A DNA stretch of 60,667 nucleotides, the filler included. It is 4 parts of 4 records of this genome, joined end to end, with 100 filler letters (N's around TTAATTAATTAA, not from the genome) between each part and the next. Parts side by side here need not be neighbours in the genome. Positions count along the whole stretch, not along the records: positions 1 to 15,052 come from SRR20825019_1229; positions 15,153 to 42,793 come from SRR20825019_1233; 2 more parts are not named here. One strand, written 5' to 3'. The position numbers and the translations under genes were made by a program. A model generated the notes under the pieces. It worked only from the letters and a program-made list of their open reading frames with translations, ran no database searches and was not told the DNA's origin. Shown here piece after piece: positions 8,316-18,154 of the stretch. Position 1 is the stretch's first letter. Each line of letters starts with the position of its first letter.

Positions 8316-10769
8316 ATGACTCAGATTCCCTCTGGTCAGTCCTCCGTAAATGTTGATGCATTGAAGTCACAGTTTGCCGATCCGGCACGTGAATTCGGCT
8401 TTATGCCTTTATGGTGCTGGAATGACGATCTGACCGACGAGGGACTTTGTTCACAGATCGGTGAATTTTACGCGAAGGGCTTTGGTGGTTTCATCATTCA
8501 TCCGCGCAATGGATTGTCGCGGAGGATTGGCTACCTGACGGAAGAGTTCTTCCGGCTGGTGAAAGTGGCGGTGGCCGAGGCGGCGCGATTGGAGATGAAA
8601 GTGATTCTCTATGATGAAGCAGGTTACCCGGCGGGATCGGCCCGCGGCGCGGTGGTGGCGGAGAATCCGGATTGGGCCGCGCGCAGTATCTTTGCGATTC
8701 ATGAGCATGTGACGGGCAAGGGGCTCTGGCGTCCGAATCCCGGACGCGCTCTTGGGTATCGATTGGTGAAGGTGGTCGCGGGACTTGAAACGGCGAAGGA
8801 TACGCTCGATCCGGAGTCGCTGCGGAGTCTCGAATGGGATGAGAACGAACTGGTGCGTTACGATTTACCGGAAGGGAATTGGCGGCTGGTCGCGATCTGG
8901 GAAGGACACAGTGGCGGCACGATTCGCGGGGCCTTTGAAGAGGAGGAAGACGCGCATTCGCTGGCACCGCCGGCGGCCGATATTATGCGGACCGAGGCGA
9001 TGGAGTTTTTTATTCGGGTCACGCACGACGAATATTACCGGCACCTGAAAGAGTATTTCGGCAATACGGTTGTGGCGATGTTCACCGATGAACCGTCACC
9101 CCGCGGACGGATGCCTCAATATCTGGATTATCGGGGAACACATCATGCGTGGACGCCCGGGTTTCTGCCGGAAGTGCAATCGTGGTGGGATGACGATGTG
9201 GGCCGATGGTTGCCGGCGCTGTGGTTGGACTGCGGTCCGCGCACGGAAGAGTTTCGGGGAGTCTATAACAAGGCGGTGCAACTGCGCTTGCGGAAGACTT
9301 TTTACGAACCGATCAGTCGTTGGTGTGTGGCGCACGAAATCGCGCTGACCGGACACGCGGCGAACAGCGATGAGATGACGAATTCGCAGGCGTTTCAGTG
9401 GCCGGGGCAGGATATCGTCTGGCGGCAGATCGAGCCGGGCAAGGCGACGGCACTGACTGGTCCCGATAGCGTGACGGCACGCAGTGCGAGCAGCGCAGCG
9501 CGATTAGGAAAACGTCGATTCAACGTGGTCGAAGTCTTCGGGGCTTACGGCTGGGAACTCACGCTCGACGAGATCAAGTGGCTGCTCGATTGGCACTTTG
9601 TGCGCGGCACCAATCTGATTTATCCGCACGCCGCTTTCTATACAATCCGCGGACGACGCGCGTATGAGAGCCAACCGGATGTGGCGGTCAATAATGTGTG
9701 GTGGCCGTATTTTGGATTGATCGGCGATTACGGTCGGCGGCTGTGCTGGCTGCTCTGTGATGGGGAGGAAATCTGTGACACCGCTGTGGTGAGTGATGGG
9801 GACTTGTTGTCGTGGAAGGCTTCGGCGGTGCTGCAACAGGCGCAGCAGGCTTTTATTTTTATCGATGGTCCGAGTCTGGAAACGGCCACGATTGCGGACG
9901 GGGTATTAACCGCGGGCGAACAGAAGCTGAAACTTCTGATCATCGATCAACCCGGGACCTTGGGCGAAAAGGCGGAGACGCGGATCGCGGAATTCGAGGC
10001 GGCCGGTGGTCGGGTAATCCGCGATTGGAATGAGACTGATCTCGTTGGTCAGGTTACGAAGCTCGTGGGCCGCGACGTGGAATGGATGGGCGAGCACGGT
10101 GAGGATTTGCGCGCGATTCATTACCGGAAGGGCGGGGTGGATTTCTATCTGTTGGTCAACGAAGGCGAAGCGACCCTGGACGGCGAAGTGTGTCTCGGCA
10201 CGGTGGGCGCGATTGAGCGATGGGATGCGTTGGATGGTTCTGCAGAACCATTGGCAGCGGAAGTGCAGGGTGATGGTCACCTGAAGGTCGCGCTGCGATT
10301 GGAGCGTCGGGCTTCGATTGTCTTGGCGGTCGATTCACGCACGAGGCCGTCGGGCGAATCTGCCACACGGAAACATCCGGGTGACATCGTGCTAAAGCTG
10401 GACGGGCCGTGGGAGGTTACGGATTTGGAAGGCAGTTCCGTTGCCGTGCCCGCGCTTGGGGATTGGGCGCACACGGAAGGCTGGGAAACTTTCACCGGCA
10501 CACTGTCTTACCGGACGACATTTGAATTGGTCGAAGGAATCGAACCGGCATTTATCGATTTGGGATCGGTCGGTGATATTGCGGAGGTGTTGCTTAACGA
10601 TCATCCGGTGGGCGTGCTGGCGTGGGCTCCGTATGTGTTGCCGTTGAAGGATGCGCTTCAGGTGGGAGTGAATCGCTTGGAAGTTCGCGTGACCAACTCA
10701 ATGGCTAATCGCTACGACGGGAAACAATTACCCTCCGGTTTGATGGGACCGGTGACTTTTCGAAATTAG
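8316..10769 (+). CDS. Glycoside hydrolase, GH106 (alpha-L-rhamnosidase)-like, with C-terminal sugar-binding beta-sandwich
   Basis: PLWCWN, GGFIIHPR, LYDEAGYPAG, MFTDEP, EVFGAYGW and C-terminal LEVRVTN...SGLMGPV. Start ATG 8316. Confidence 0.75.
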   Translation: MTQIPSGQSSVNVDALKSQFADPAREFGFMPLWCWNDDLTDEGLCSQIGEFYAKGFGGFIIHPRNGLSRRIGYLTEEFFRLVKVAVAEAARLEMKVILYDEAGYPAGSARGAVVAENPDWAARSIFAIHEHVTGKGLWRPNPGRALGYRLVKVVAGLETAKDTLDPESLRSLEWDENELVRYDLPEGNWRLVAIWEGHSGGTIRGAFEEEEDAHSLAPPAADIMRTEAMEFFIRVTHDEYYRHLKEYFGNTVVAMFTDEPSPRGRMPQYLDYRGTHHAWTPGFLPEVQSWWDDDVGRWLPALWLDCGPRTEEFRGVYNKAVQLRLRKTFYEPISRWCVAHEIALTGHAANSDEMTNSQAFQWPGQDIVWRQIEPGKATALTGPDSVTARSASSAARLGKRRFNVVEVFGAYGWELTLDEIKWLLDWHFVRGTNLIYPHAAFYTIRGRRAYESQPDVAVNNVWWPYFGLIGDYGRRLCWLLCDGEEICDTAVVSDGDLLSWKASAVLQQAQQAFIFIDGPSLETATIADGVLTAGEQKLKLLIIDQPGTLGEKAETRIAEFEAAGGRVIRDWNETDLVGQVTKLVGRDVEWMGEHGEDLRAIHYRKGGVDFYLLVNEGEATLDGEVCLGTVGAIERWDALDGSAEPLAAEVQGDGHLKVALRLERRASIVLAVDSRTRPSGESATRKHPGDIVLKLDGPWEVTDLEGSSVAVPALGDWAHTEGWETFTGTLSYRTTFELVEGIEPAFIDLGSVGDIAEVLLNDHPVGVLAWAPYVLPLKDALQVGVNRLEVRVTNSMANRYDGKQLPSGLMGPVTFRN

Positions 10770-10792
10770 AGTAACCCCTGACTGCTTTTCTT

Positions 10793-13078
10793 ATGAATCT
10801 GAAACTGACGGCTCCGATCACGACATGGGATGAGGCCATCCCCTTGGGTAATGGATTACAAGGCGCGCTCCTCTGGGGCGAAGGCGGCACACTTCGCTAT
10901 TCGTTGGATCGCGGCGATCTCTGGGATGAACGTCCGGCGAAGGGAAATCCCTTGGCTGGATTCACCTATGCGAAGATGGTTCAGTTGGTGGCCGCGAAGG
11001 ACAATGAAAGTATCAAGAAGGTTGCCGGTGGTGCGGGGGAAGATGTGCATCCGACTAAAATCCCGGCAGGTAGACTGGAAATCGATCTGGCCGCCGGACA
11101 GGAAGCATCCGAGTTCGCTCTGAATTTGGAGACGGCTACGGCAAGTGTGAATGTCGGACCGGGGGCCGAAGTGGCTGCGTTTTTCTCTGCAACGGAACCG
11201 GTATCGCTGCTGCGTCTGCCCGGTGCCGAACCACAGGCGTTGCGATTGCTCGCGCCGGAATCGGTTAAAAAACTCGGTTATCCTGATCCTGAGATGAGGC
11301 GCGAAGGTTCGGCGCAGTGGTTTGTGCAAGTGGCGGCGGAAGGAGCGAGTTACTGCGTGATGGCAAGCGCGCGACGGGTGGCTGAGATCACACTCATCGC
11401 GACGACGGTTACGTATTCTTCGGTGGATGGCGCCGATTTCGTGGAGGTGGCCAAAGATCGGGTGGAGGCCGCACTTGATGCCGGGTATGATTCTTTGCTG
11501 GCAGAACACGTCGCGTGGTGGCGGAAATTTTGGAGTGTCTCGTCAGTCAAGGTTCCGGATGAGCAGGTGATGCTGCACTATCATTTGGTGCAGTATTTCT
11601 ATGGATCGGCTTCCCGTCGCGGCGCGCCACCACTTCCGTTGCAGGGGGTCTGGACGGCCGATGAAGGGGAACTGCCGCCGTGGAAGGGGGATTATCATCA
11701 CGACCTCAATACGCAGATGACCTACATGGGTTATCAAACTTCGGGGCACATGGACGAGGGGTTGTCCTTCCTCGAATTCATGAACGATTTGCTGCCGGTC
11801 TTCCGGAAATTCTCGGCGGAGTTTTATGAGACCCCGGGCGCGGTGGTGCCGACGATCATGTCACTGGCAGGAAACTTTCTCGCGGGTTGGGCACAATACA
11901 GCATGTCGCCGGTGCACGGCGCCTGGATCGGACATCTCTACTATTTACACTGGCGCCATACGCACGATGAGAAATTCCTGAAGGAAGTCGCCTATCCGTG
12001 GTGCGCCGAAATCGGGGAAGCCCTGCGGGGGCTGCTTAAGCCGGACGCAAATGGAGTGTTGGTTTTACCTACCTCCGCTTCACCCGAGGCATGGGACGCC
12101 TCCATGCGCGCGTGGGTGACTCCTAACTCGACTTACGACATTTCCTGCATGCGTATGCTGTTTCTTGGGAATGCCGAGATGGCAGAGCTGGTCGGTGATG
12201 CGGCTGCGGCCAAAGACTGGACGATGCTCGCGGAAGGCTTGGGACCGTTGCACGTGAACGAGAAGCGCATGCTCAAGATTAGCCGGGATGAGGATCTCTA
12301 TTTCAGTCACCGGCACCACGCCACGATCATGGCGATCTATCCGTTTAACCTGCTCAATATCGAAGGCACGGAAGCGGAGCGGGAGATTATTTACGCCTCG
12401 GTGCATGATCTGGATCGTCTTGGCGTGTTGGAGTGGGTGGGTTTCAGCTACACTTGGATGTCGGCGCTGCGGGCCCGGATCGGCGAGCCCGAATCGGCAC
12501 TCTGGTATCTGAGAGCGTTTCTGCATGCTTGTGTTTCTCGTAACGGATTTCATCTCAACGGAGATCAGACGAAGACCGGATTTACCTCGCTCGAATACCG
12601 GCCGTTCACTTTGGAAGGAAACTTCATGGTCTGTTCCACGGTGCACGAAATGCTGCTGCAAAGTTGGGCCGCCCATCCCGGATCGGGCGAGTGGGGGGCC
12701 TTGCGCATTTTCGCCGCCATGCCGTGGCGTTGGCATGACGCTTCATTTACAGATTTCATGGCCGAGGGGGGGCACAAGGTTTCCGCCAAACGGGAAAACA
12801 ACGCGACGATCTGGTTGCGCGTGACGGCGGGAGCCTCGGGCGAGTTACGCATTCGCGATAATTTCGGTGGACGCGTCCCTGCCTGGAATCGCGATGATGT
12901 TCAACGCGACGGGGATGATTTTATCTTCACCGTTTCGAAGGGCGAGGTGATCGAGGCGACTTTGCCGAAACCAGCGGAGATTCCTCCGGCCCCGCCGCCG
13001 CCGCCCGCTCCGGCAGATGGATGGCTTGATCAAGTGCCCACGGCCCCCAAAGATCCGGGCGTGCCGATGTATCCCTGA
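10793..13078 (+). CDS. GH95-like glycoside hydrolase (alpha-L-fucosidase-like)
   Basis: WDEAIPLGNG, LQGVW, WKGDYHHDLN, SPE, SHRH and FTLEGN...EMLLQS motifs. Confidence 0.8.
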   Translation: MNLKLTAPITTWDEAIPLGNGLQGALLWGEGGTLRYSLDRGDLWDERPAKGNPLAGFTYAKMVQLVAAKDNESIKKVAGGAGEDVHPTKIPAGRLEIDLAAGQEASEFALNLETATASVNVGPGAEVAAFFSATEPVSLLRLPGAEPQALRLLAPESVKKLGYPDPEMRREGSAQWFVQVAAEGASYCVMASARRVAEITLIATTVTYSSVDGADFVEVAKDRVEAALDAGYDSLLAEHVAWWRKFWSVSSVKVPDEQVMLHYHLVQYFYGSASRRGAPPLPLQGVWTADEGELPPWKGDYHHDLNTQMTYMGYQTSGHMDEGLSFLEFMNDLLPVFRKFSAEFYETPGAVVPTIMSLAGNFLAGWAQYSMSPVHGAWIGHLYYLHWRHTHDEKFLKEVAYPWCAEIGEALRGLLKPDANGVLVLPTSASPEAWDASMRAWVTPNSTYDISCMRMLFLGNAEMAELVGDAAAAKDWTMLAEGLGPLHVNEKRMLKISRDEDLYFSHRHHATIMAIYPFNLLNIEGTEAEREIIYASVHDLDRLGVLEWVGFSYTWMSALRARIGEPESALWYLRAFLHACVSRNGFHLNGDQTKTGFTSLEYRPFTLEGNFMVCSTVHEMLLQSWAAHPGSGEWGALRIFAAMPWRWHDASFTDFMAEGGHKVSAKRENNATIWLRVTAGASGELRIRDNFGGRVPAWNRDDVQRDGDDFIFTVSKGEVIEATLPKPAEIPPAPPPPPAPADGWLDQVPTAPKDPGVPMYP

Positions 13079-13081
13079 TCC

Positions 13082-13912
13082 ATGATGATACGACATTTTA
13101 CTTCATTGCTCCGAGTCTTCTCCGGAATCTGCCTTGCCCTTATGCTGACGACAACTTTGCCCGCCCGATCTACTGCCAATCATGGTCCCGGAATGACCCA
13201 ATCCGAATGGCATGGTTACGAACGGCTCGACTTCGTGGTGGAGGGCCAACCGGCGACTTTGATTGTGCCGCACCAAGCTGCTCCGGGAAATCCATGGGTC
13301 TGGCGCGCGGAATGGTTTGGTGATCGGCATGGCCCGCAGGTTTCGCTCGAATTACTCAAACGTGGTTGGCACCTGGCCTATATCAACGCGAGCGATCAAT
13401 ACGGATCGCCATCTTCGATGAAGCTCTTCGATCACTATTATCAGCGGGTGATTAAGCAGTTTGGCCTCGCGCCGAAAATGGTGATGGAGGGATTCAGCCG
13501 CGGAGGCCTTTATGCGTTTAACTTTGCGGCGGATTATCCGGAACGGGTCTCGGTGCTCTATCTCGATGCACCGGCGCTCGATCTGAAGAGCTGGCCGGGT
13601 TATCAGACCTCACGCTGGCCGGATGTCGCGGCGAATTACGGGCTGACTTTGGAGCAAATGGAAACCGCGAAGGTGAGCCCGTTGGACCGGATCGAACCGG
13701 TGCTCAAGGCGGGGATTCCGATTATCGGCGTAAGCGGCGATGCGGACAAATCCGTGAAACTGGAAGAGAATCTGGCGATTCTGGAAAAGCGTTACCGCGA
13801 AGGTGGCGGCACGATCGAAGTGATCATCAAACCGGGCGGCGGACATCATCCGCACAGTCTCCCCGATCCCACGCCGGTCGTGGATTTCATATTGAAATAC
13901 GCACGGTATTAA
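13082..13912 (+). CDS. Secreted alpha/beta hydrolase (esterase-like)
   Basis: Signal peptide, PWVWRAEWF, GFSRGG nucleophile elbow, GDAD and GHHPHSL. Confidence 0.8.
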   Translation: MMIRHFTSLLRVFSGICLALMLTTTLPARSTANHGPGMTQSEWHGYERLDFVVEGQPATLIVPHQAAPGNPWVWRAEWFGDRHGPQVSLELLKRGWHLAYINASDQYGSPSSMKLFDHYYQRVIKQFGLAPKMVMEGFSRGGLYAFNFAADYPERVSVLYLDAPALDLKSWPGYQTSRWPDVAANYGLTLEQMETAKVSPLDRIEPVLKAGIPIIGVSGDADKSVKLEENLAILEKRYREGGGTIEVIIKPGGGHHPHSLPDPTPVVDFILKYARY

Positions 13913-13969
13913 CGGACGTGCCGGGATAAGCGTGGGATGGGCCCAAGGAAAACACGGAAGGCTTGAACG

Positions 13970-14241
13970 GTAGAGGCGCGGTCTTTGCCCCGCCTTGCCT
14001 CTCTGGGGATATTTCGAAGGGCGGGACAAAGACGCCGCCCCTACTTTTGTCGTGTTCACAACCCGGTCTCCTTTATGATCGCGACATTGAAATACGACTG
14101 GTTGTCGTTGGTTGTCTTGGCGAGAGCGTGGATTGAATCGTCAACGAAAAGGGCGTGGTCGAGCCACGCCCCTACGGTATTCAAGGCGAGTATGATTCGT
14201 CATTTTCTGTCGCGTCGTAGGGGCGCGCCTTGTGCGCGCCC
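13970..14241. repeat. Cluster of GTAG-family REP palindromes between convergent genes
   Basis: GTAGAGGCGCGGTCTTTGCCCCGCC...GGCGGGACAAAGACGCCGCCCCTAC (13970-14044), GGGCGTGGTCGAGCCACGCCCCTAC (14151-14175) and GTAGGGGCGCGCCTTGTGCGCGCCC (14217-14241). Confidence 0.75.
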
Positions 14242-14255
14242 GCACTCGCTCACGA

Positions 14256-15052
14256 TCACTCGGTCGTTTCGCTCCAACCGCCGCCGAGGGCGGCGTAGAG
14301 GGAGGTGAGGTTGGTCAGGCGATCGAGCCGGGCGGTGATCAACGATTGCTGCGCGCTGAAGAGATCTTGTTGGGCGAGCAGCACGGTGAGGAAACTGTCG
14401 ACACCGGCTTCGAAACGTTGATTCGACAGATCGTAGCGGCGTTGCGCGGCGGCGACCCGTTTGGTCTGGGCATCGACTTGGCGGCTGATCGTGGATTGGG
14501 TCGCAAGTCCGTCGGCGACTTCCCGGAAGGCGGTTTGAACGGCTTTCTCGTATTGGGCGACGGCGATCTGCTGGTCGATTTTCGAGACGTTGAGTTGGGC
14601 GCGGTTGCGACCGGCGGCAAAGATCGGAAGAGTGATCGTGGGAGTGAAACTCCATTTCTCGGAACCGCTTTCAAATAATCCGGACAGCGATCGACTGGAG
14701 GTGCCACCGAAAGCCGTGAGCTTAATCGACGGGAAGAAGGCGGCGCGAGCTTGGCCAATATTCGCGTTGGCGGCTTTCAGCTGATGCTCCGCGGCGAGGA
14801 TGTCGGGGCGACGCGTCAACAGGTCCGAAGGCAGTCCGGACGGCAGATCCGCGATCAGATTTTGCGTGGCGAGGGAACCGGCTGCTGGAAGATCGGCGGG
14901 GAGGGGCGCGCCGATCAGGAGCACGAGGGCGTTGGCGGCCCGGGACCGTTGCTGTTCGAGGACGGCAATGCTGGCGCGAACCGATTCCCGTTGTGATTCG
15001 GCGGTGCGCAGATCGATTTCCGAACTGATGCCGGCCTCGAAGGTTTGTTCAT
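14256..15052 (-). CDS. Efflux outer membrane channel, OprM/NodT family (5' truncated)
   Basis: GLPSDLLTRRPDILAAEHQL, AAFFPSIKLT and LYAALGGGW. Frame is open to the contig edge. Confidence 0.9.
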
Positions 15053-15152
15053 NNNNNNNNNNNNNNNNNNNNNNNNNNNNNNNNNNNNNNNNNNNNTTAA
15101 TTAATTAANNNNNNNNNNNNNNNNNNNNNNNNNNNNNNNNNNNNNNNNNNNN
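15053..15152. other. Artificial contig linker
   Basis: N runs flanking TTAATTAATTAA (stops in all six frames). Confidence 0.98.
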
Positions 15153-15305
15153 GCCGAAGCCTTGGCCGAAGCCTTGGCCGAAAATGACCGGCCTTTGTCA
15201 GTTTGTGACCTTCCGGACGACACGTTGATAAACGATACTGATTACGTTGATTAGTGTCTCTGAACTAGTCCGGCCCACCCCCCGTCGGGTTGGGCACTTG
15301 CTTAC

Positions 15306-15332
15306 AGGCCACGCTCTTGCGTGGCCTTTTTT
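15306..15332 (+). terminator. Rho-independent terminator
   Basis: AGGCCACGC-TCTT-GCGTGGCCT followed by a T run. Confidence 0.8.
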
Positions 15333-15432
15333 ATGCTTGCTCACCTCACCCCATGAATACGATATCCGACGACTGATTAGAGACAGCCGGCAGGGCTGGG
15401 TTACAATCGTGACTTTTCTCCGGAGATGCAGC

Positions 15433-16260
15433 ATGACGGGTGACGACTTCCATTTCCGCTTCGGCGGTATCGAACGACTCTATGGCCGCCGGGCACTGGA
15501 GCACTTCCGTCACGCTCACATTGCCATCGTTGGATTGGGTGGCGTGGGCTCCTGGGCGGCTGAAGCCCTTGCCCGCTCCGGCGTCGGCACCTTGACGTTG
15601 ATCGACATGGACGATATCTGCGTGTCCAATACCAATCGCCAGCTCCACGCGCTTAGCGGGCAATACGGGCGCACCAAGACGGACGCCATGGCAGACCGTT
15701 TGCGGTCGATCAACCCGGAGGGTGACATTCGGGTCCATTTCGGGTTCCTGAACACGAAAAACGTCGATGAACTGATTACCCCGGAGATGTCAGGGGTGGT
15801 CGATGCCATCGACAGCGTCAAAGCCAAGGCCGGGCTGATTGCACACTGTCAGCGTCGCAAGATTCCATTGGTGTGTGCTGGCGGCGCCGGCGGTCAGATG
15901 GACCCAACCCAGATCCGCGTCAGTGACCTGAGCAAAACCACACAGGATCCATTGTTGGCCAAGGTGCGTAATGCACTCCGTCGGGAGTACGGGTTCTCAC
16001 GCAATCCCAAACGGCGTTTCGGAATTGAAGCCGTGTACTCCCTGGAACAGCTCACGTATCCTGCAGGGGACGGTGAGGTTTGCCTACAGAAGCCTGCCAC
16101 CGAAGGCCCGGTCCGTCTGGATTGCGCCTCCGGGTTTGGTGCTGCCAGCCCCGTCACCGCCAGTTTTGGTTTCTTCGCGGCGGCGCGGTTGCTGGCTCGC
16201 CTGGCGCGCAAGGCCAGTTCCGACAAGACGGCAGACTTTCCTGCAGGACTACAGAATTAA
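15433..16260 (+). CDS. tcdA: tRNA threonylcarbamoyladenosine dehydratase
   Basis: RFGGIERLYG, GLGGVGSWAAEALARSG, SNTNRQ, GGAGGQMDP and LDCASGFGA. Start ATG 15433 after GGAG. Confidence 0.92.
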   Translation: MTGDDFHFRFGGIERLYGRRALEHFRHAHIAIVGLGGVGSWAAEALARSGVGTLTLIDMDDICVSNTNRQLHALSGQYGRTKTDAMADRLRSINPEGDIRVHFGFLNTKNVDELITPEMSGVVDAIDSVKAKAGLIAHCQRRKIPLVCAGGAGGQMDPTQIRVSDLSKTTQDPLLAKVRNALRREYGFSRNPKRRFGIEAVYSLEQLTYPAGDGEVCLQKPATEGPVRLDCASGFGAASPVTASFGFFAAARLLARLARKASSDKTADFPAGLQN

Positions 16261-16289
16261 ACCCATACTTCAACGGAACTGACCCCATT

Positions 16290-18149
16290 ATGACCGTCAG
16301 CACTGTCTTTCTCCTTGCCTGTATCGGTGTGCTCTCCCTGTTTTGCCAGTGGCTCGCCTGGCGAGTTCGCATGCCGGCCATCCTGTTCCTGCTGGCCGGC
16401 GGCATTGCCGCAGGGCCGCTGCTGGGATTTCTGGACCCCGAAATCGTGTTTGGAGACCTGCTGTTCCCGGTCATCTCCCTGGCCGTTGCCATTATCCTGT
16501 TTGAAGGCAGCCTGACGCTCCGCTACGACGAAATACGTGGCCATGGCAAGATGGTTCGCAATCTGATTCCCGTCGGCTCCATTGTCACCTGCATCATTGG
16601 CACCCTGGCCGCCCGCTGGATCCTTGATGTGTCATGGGAGGTGGCCCTCCTGTTTGGCGCCATATCCATCGTCACCGGCCCTACCGTCATCGCCCCTCTG
16701 CTCCGATCTGTGCGACCGGACGCAAAACTGGCCAACATTCTGCGCTGGGAGGGCATCATCATCGACCCAGTGGGCGCCCTGCTGGCGGTGCTGGTCTTCG
16801 AGGGCATTGTGTCCTGGGGCCAGGGCAACGTGTTCAGCCACTCGCTGTATATTTTTGGCAAGACCCTGGCAGTGGGTTTCCTGATTGGCGCTGTCGCGGG
16901 CTGGCTGAACGGCATTGCGTTGCGCAAGCACCTTCTGCCGCAATACCTGCACAACGCCGGCACCCTGACGTTCATGCTCGGGGTCTATGCCCTGTCGAAT
17001 GAAATGGCCCACGAGTCCGGCCTGCTGACGGTCACTGTGATGGGCATCTGGATGGCCAACATGAAGCAGGTCCCCATCGACAGCATCCTGGAGTTCAAGG
17101 AATCCCTGAGCGTGCTGCTGATTTCCGCTCTCTTCATTATCCTGGCAGCACGGGTGGAGTTCGAAGCCATCGCTCAACTGGGCTGGGGGCTGGTGGCCGT
17201 GTTGGCGTTGCTGATGCTGGTTGCACGCCCGGCAAGCATCTTCCTGTCGGCCATTGGCACCAGTCTCAACTGGCGCGACAAACTGTTCCTGAGCTGGATC
17301 GCCCCCCGAGGCATTGTAGCCGCTGCCGTATCCGCCCTGTTTGCGTTTCAGTTGCAGAAACTGGGCTACGAAAGCGCCGGAGCCCTGGTGCCACTGATAT
17401 TCATGCTGATCATCGCCACCGTCACCCTGCAGAGTCTTACCGCGAGGCCTCTGGCGAGGCTTCTGAAGGTCGCCGAGCCGGCGGAATACGGCTTCCTGAT
17501 TCTCGGTGCCAACCCGGTGGCCCGAAAAATCGGCCTGGCACTGAAAAAGCTGGAGGTCCCCGTTACCCTGGCGGACACCAACTGGGAGAACGTCAAACAG
17601 GCGCGCATGGAAAACCTCCAGGTGTATTTCGGCAACCCCGTGTCGGAGCATGCGTCGACCCACCTGGATCTCACCGGCATTGGCAACCTGCTGGTTATTT
17701 CCCCTTACAAGCACATGAATTCCCTGGCCACCTACCACTTCCTGGACTGGTTCGGAAAAGACTCAGTGCTAACCCTGGCCGAAGGGGATCAGGACCAGAA
17801 GGCCCGGCACCAGACCGCCGAGAAAATACAGCTTACGAGAGGACTCTTCGACGGAGTGAGCTACGCCAAGCTGGCCAGTTTGGCCAGCCAAGGGTATACG
17901 GTGAAGACCACCCAGCTCAGTGACGAATTTACGTTCGAGGATTTCCTGGACAAGTACGACCGTCAGGCCATGGTGCTGTTCGTGGTGAACACGCGCGAAC
18001 ACATCACGCCGGTCAAGAGCATGGAGGCCATCAAGCCCGAGAAAGACTGGACATTGGTAAGCCTGGTGCCACCCCAGGCGAGGAAGGAACGCAAGGAGCG
18101 GGATACCGGGGAGTCGCCGGAACAGCCACCGGAACCCGCTCCAACCTGA
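16290..18149 (+). CDS. CPA1/NhaP-type Na+(K+)/H+ antiporter with C-terminal RCK-like domain
   Basis: Many TM segments, ILFEG, TGPTVI, WEGIIIDP, PRGIVAAA and C-terminal LILGAN. Start ATG 16290. Confidence 0.88.
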   Translation: MTVSTVFLLACIGVLSLFCQWLAWRVRMPAILFLLAGGIAAGPLLGFLDPEIVFGDLLFPVISLAVAIILFEGSLTLRYDEIRGHGKMVRNLIPVGSIVTCIIGTLAARWILDVSWEVALLFGAISIVTGPTVIAPLLRSVRPDAKLANILRWEGIIIDPVGALLAVLVFEGIVSWGQGNVFSHSLYIFGKTLAVGFLIGAVAGWLNGIALRKHLLPQYLHNAGTLTFMLGVYALSNEMAHESGLLTVTVMGIWMANMKQVPIDSILEFKESLSVLLISALFIILAARVEFEAIAQLGWGLVAVLALLMLVARPASIFLSAIGTSLNWRDKLFLSWIAPRGIVAAAVSALFAFQLQKLGYESAGALVPLIFMLIIATVTLQSLTARPLARLLKVAEPAEYGFLILGANPVARKIGLALKKLEVPVTLADTNWENVKQARMENLQVYFGNPVSEHASTHLDLTGIGNLLVISPYKHMNSLATYHFLDWFGKDSVLTLAEGDQDQKARHQTAEKIQLTRGLFDGVSYAKLASLASQGYTVKTTQLSDEFTFEDFLDKYDRQAMVLFVVNTREHITPVKSMEAIKPEKDWTLVSLVPPQARKERKERDTGESPEQPPEPAPT

Positions 18150-18154
18150 GCGTA

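Noticed and set aside
15097-15108. TTAATTAATTAA palindrome recurring three times
   Set aside because: It is a synthetic six-frame stop linker inside N runs.
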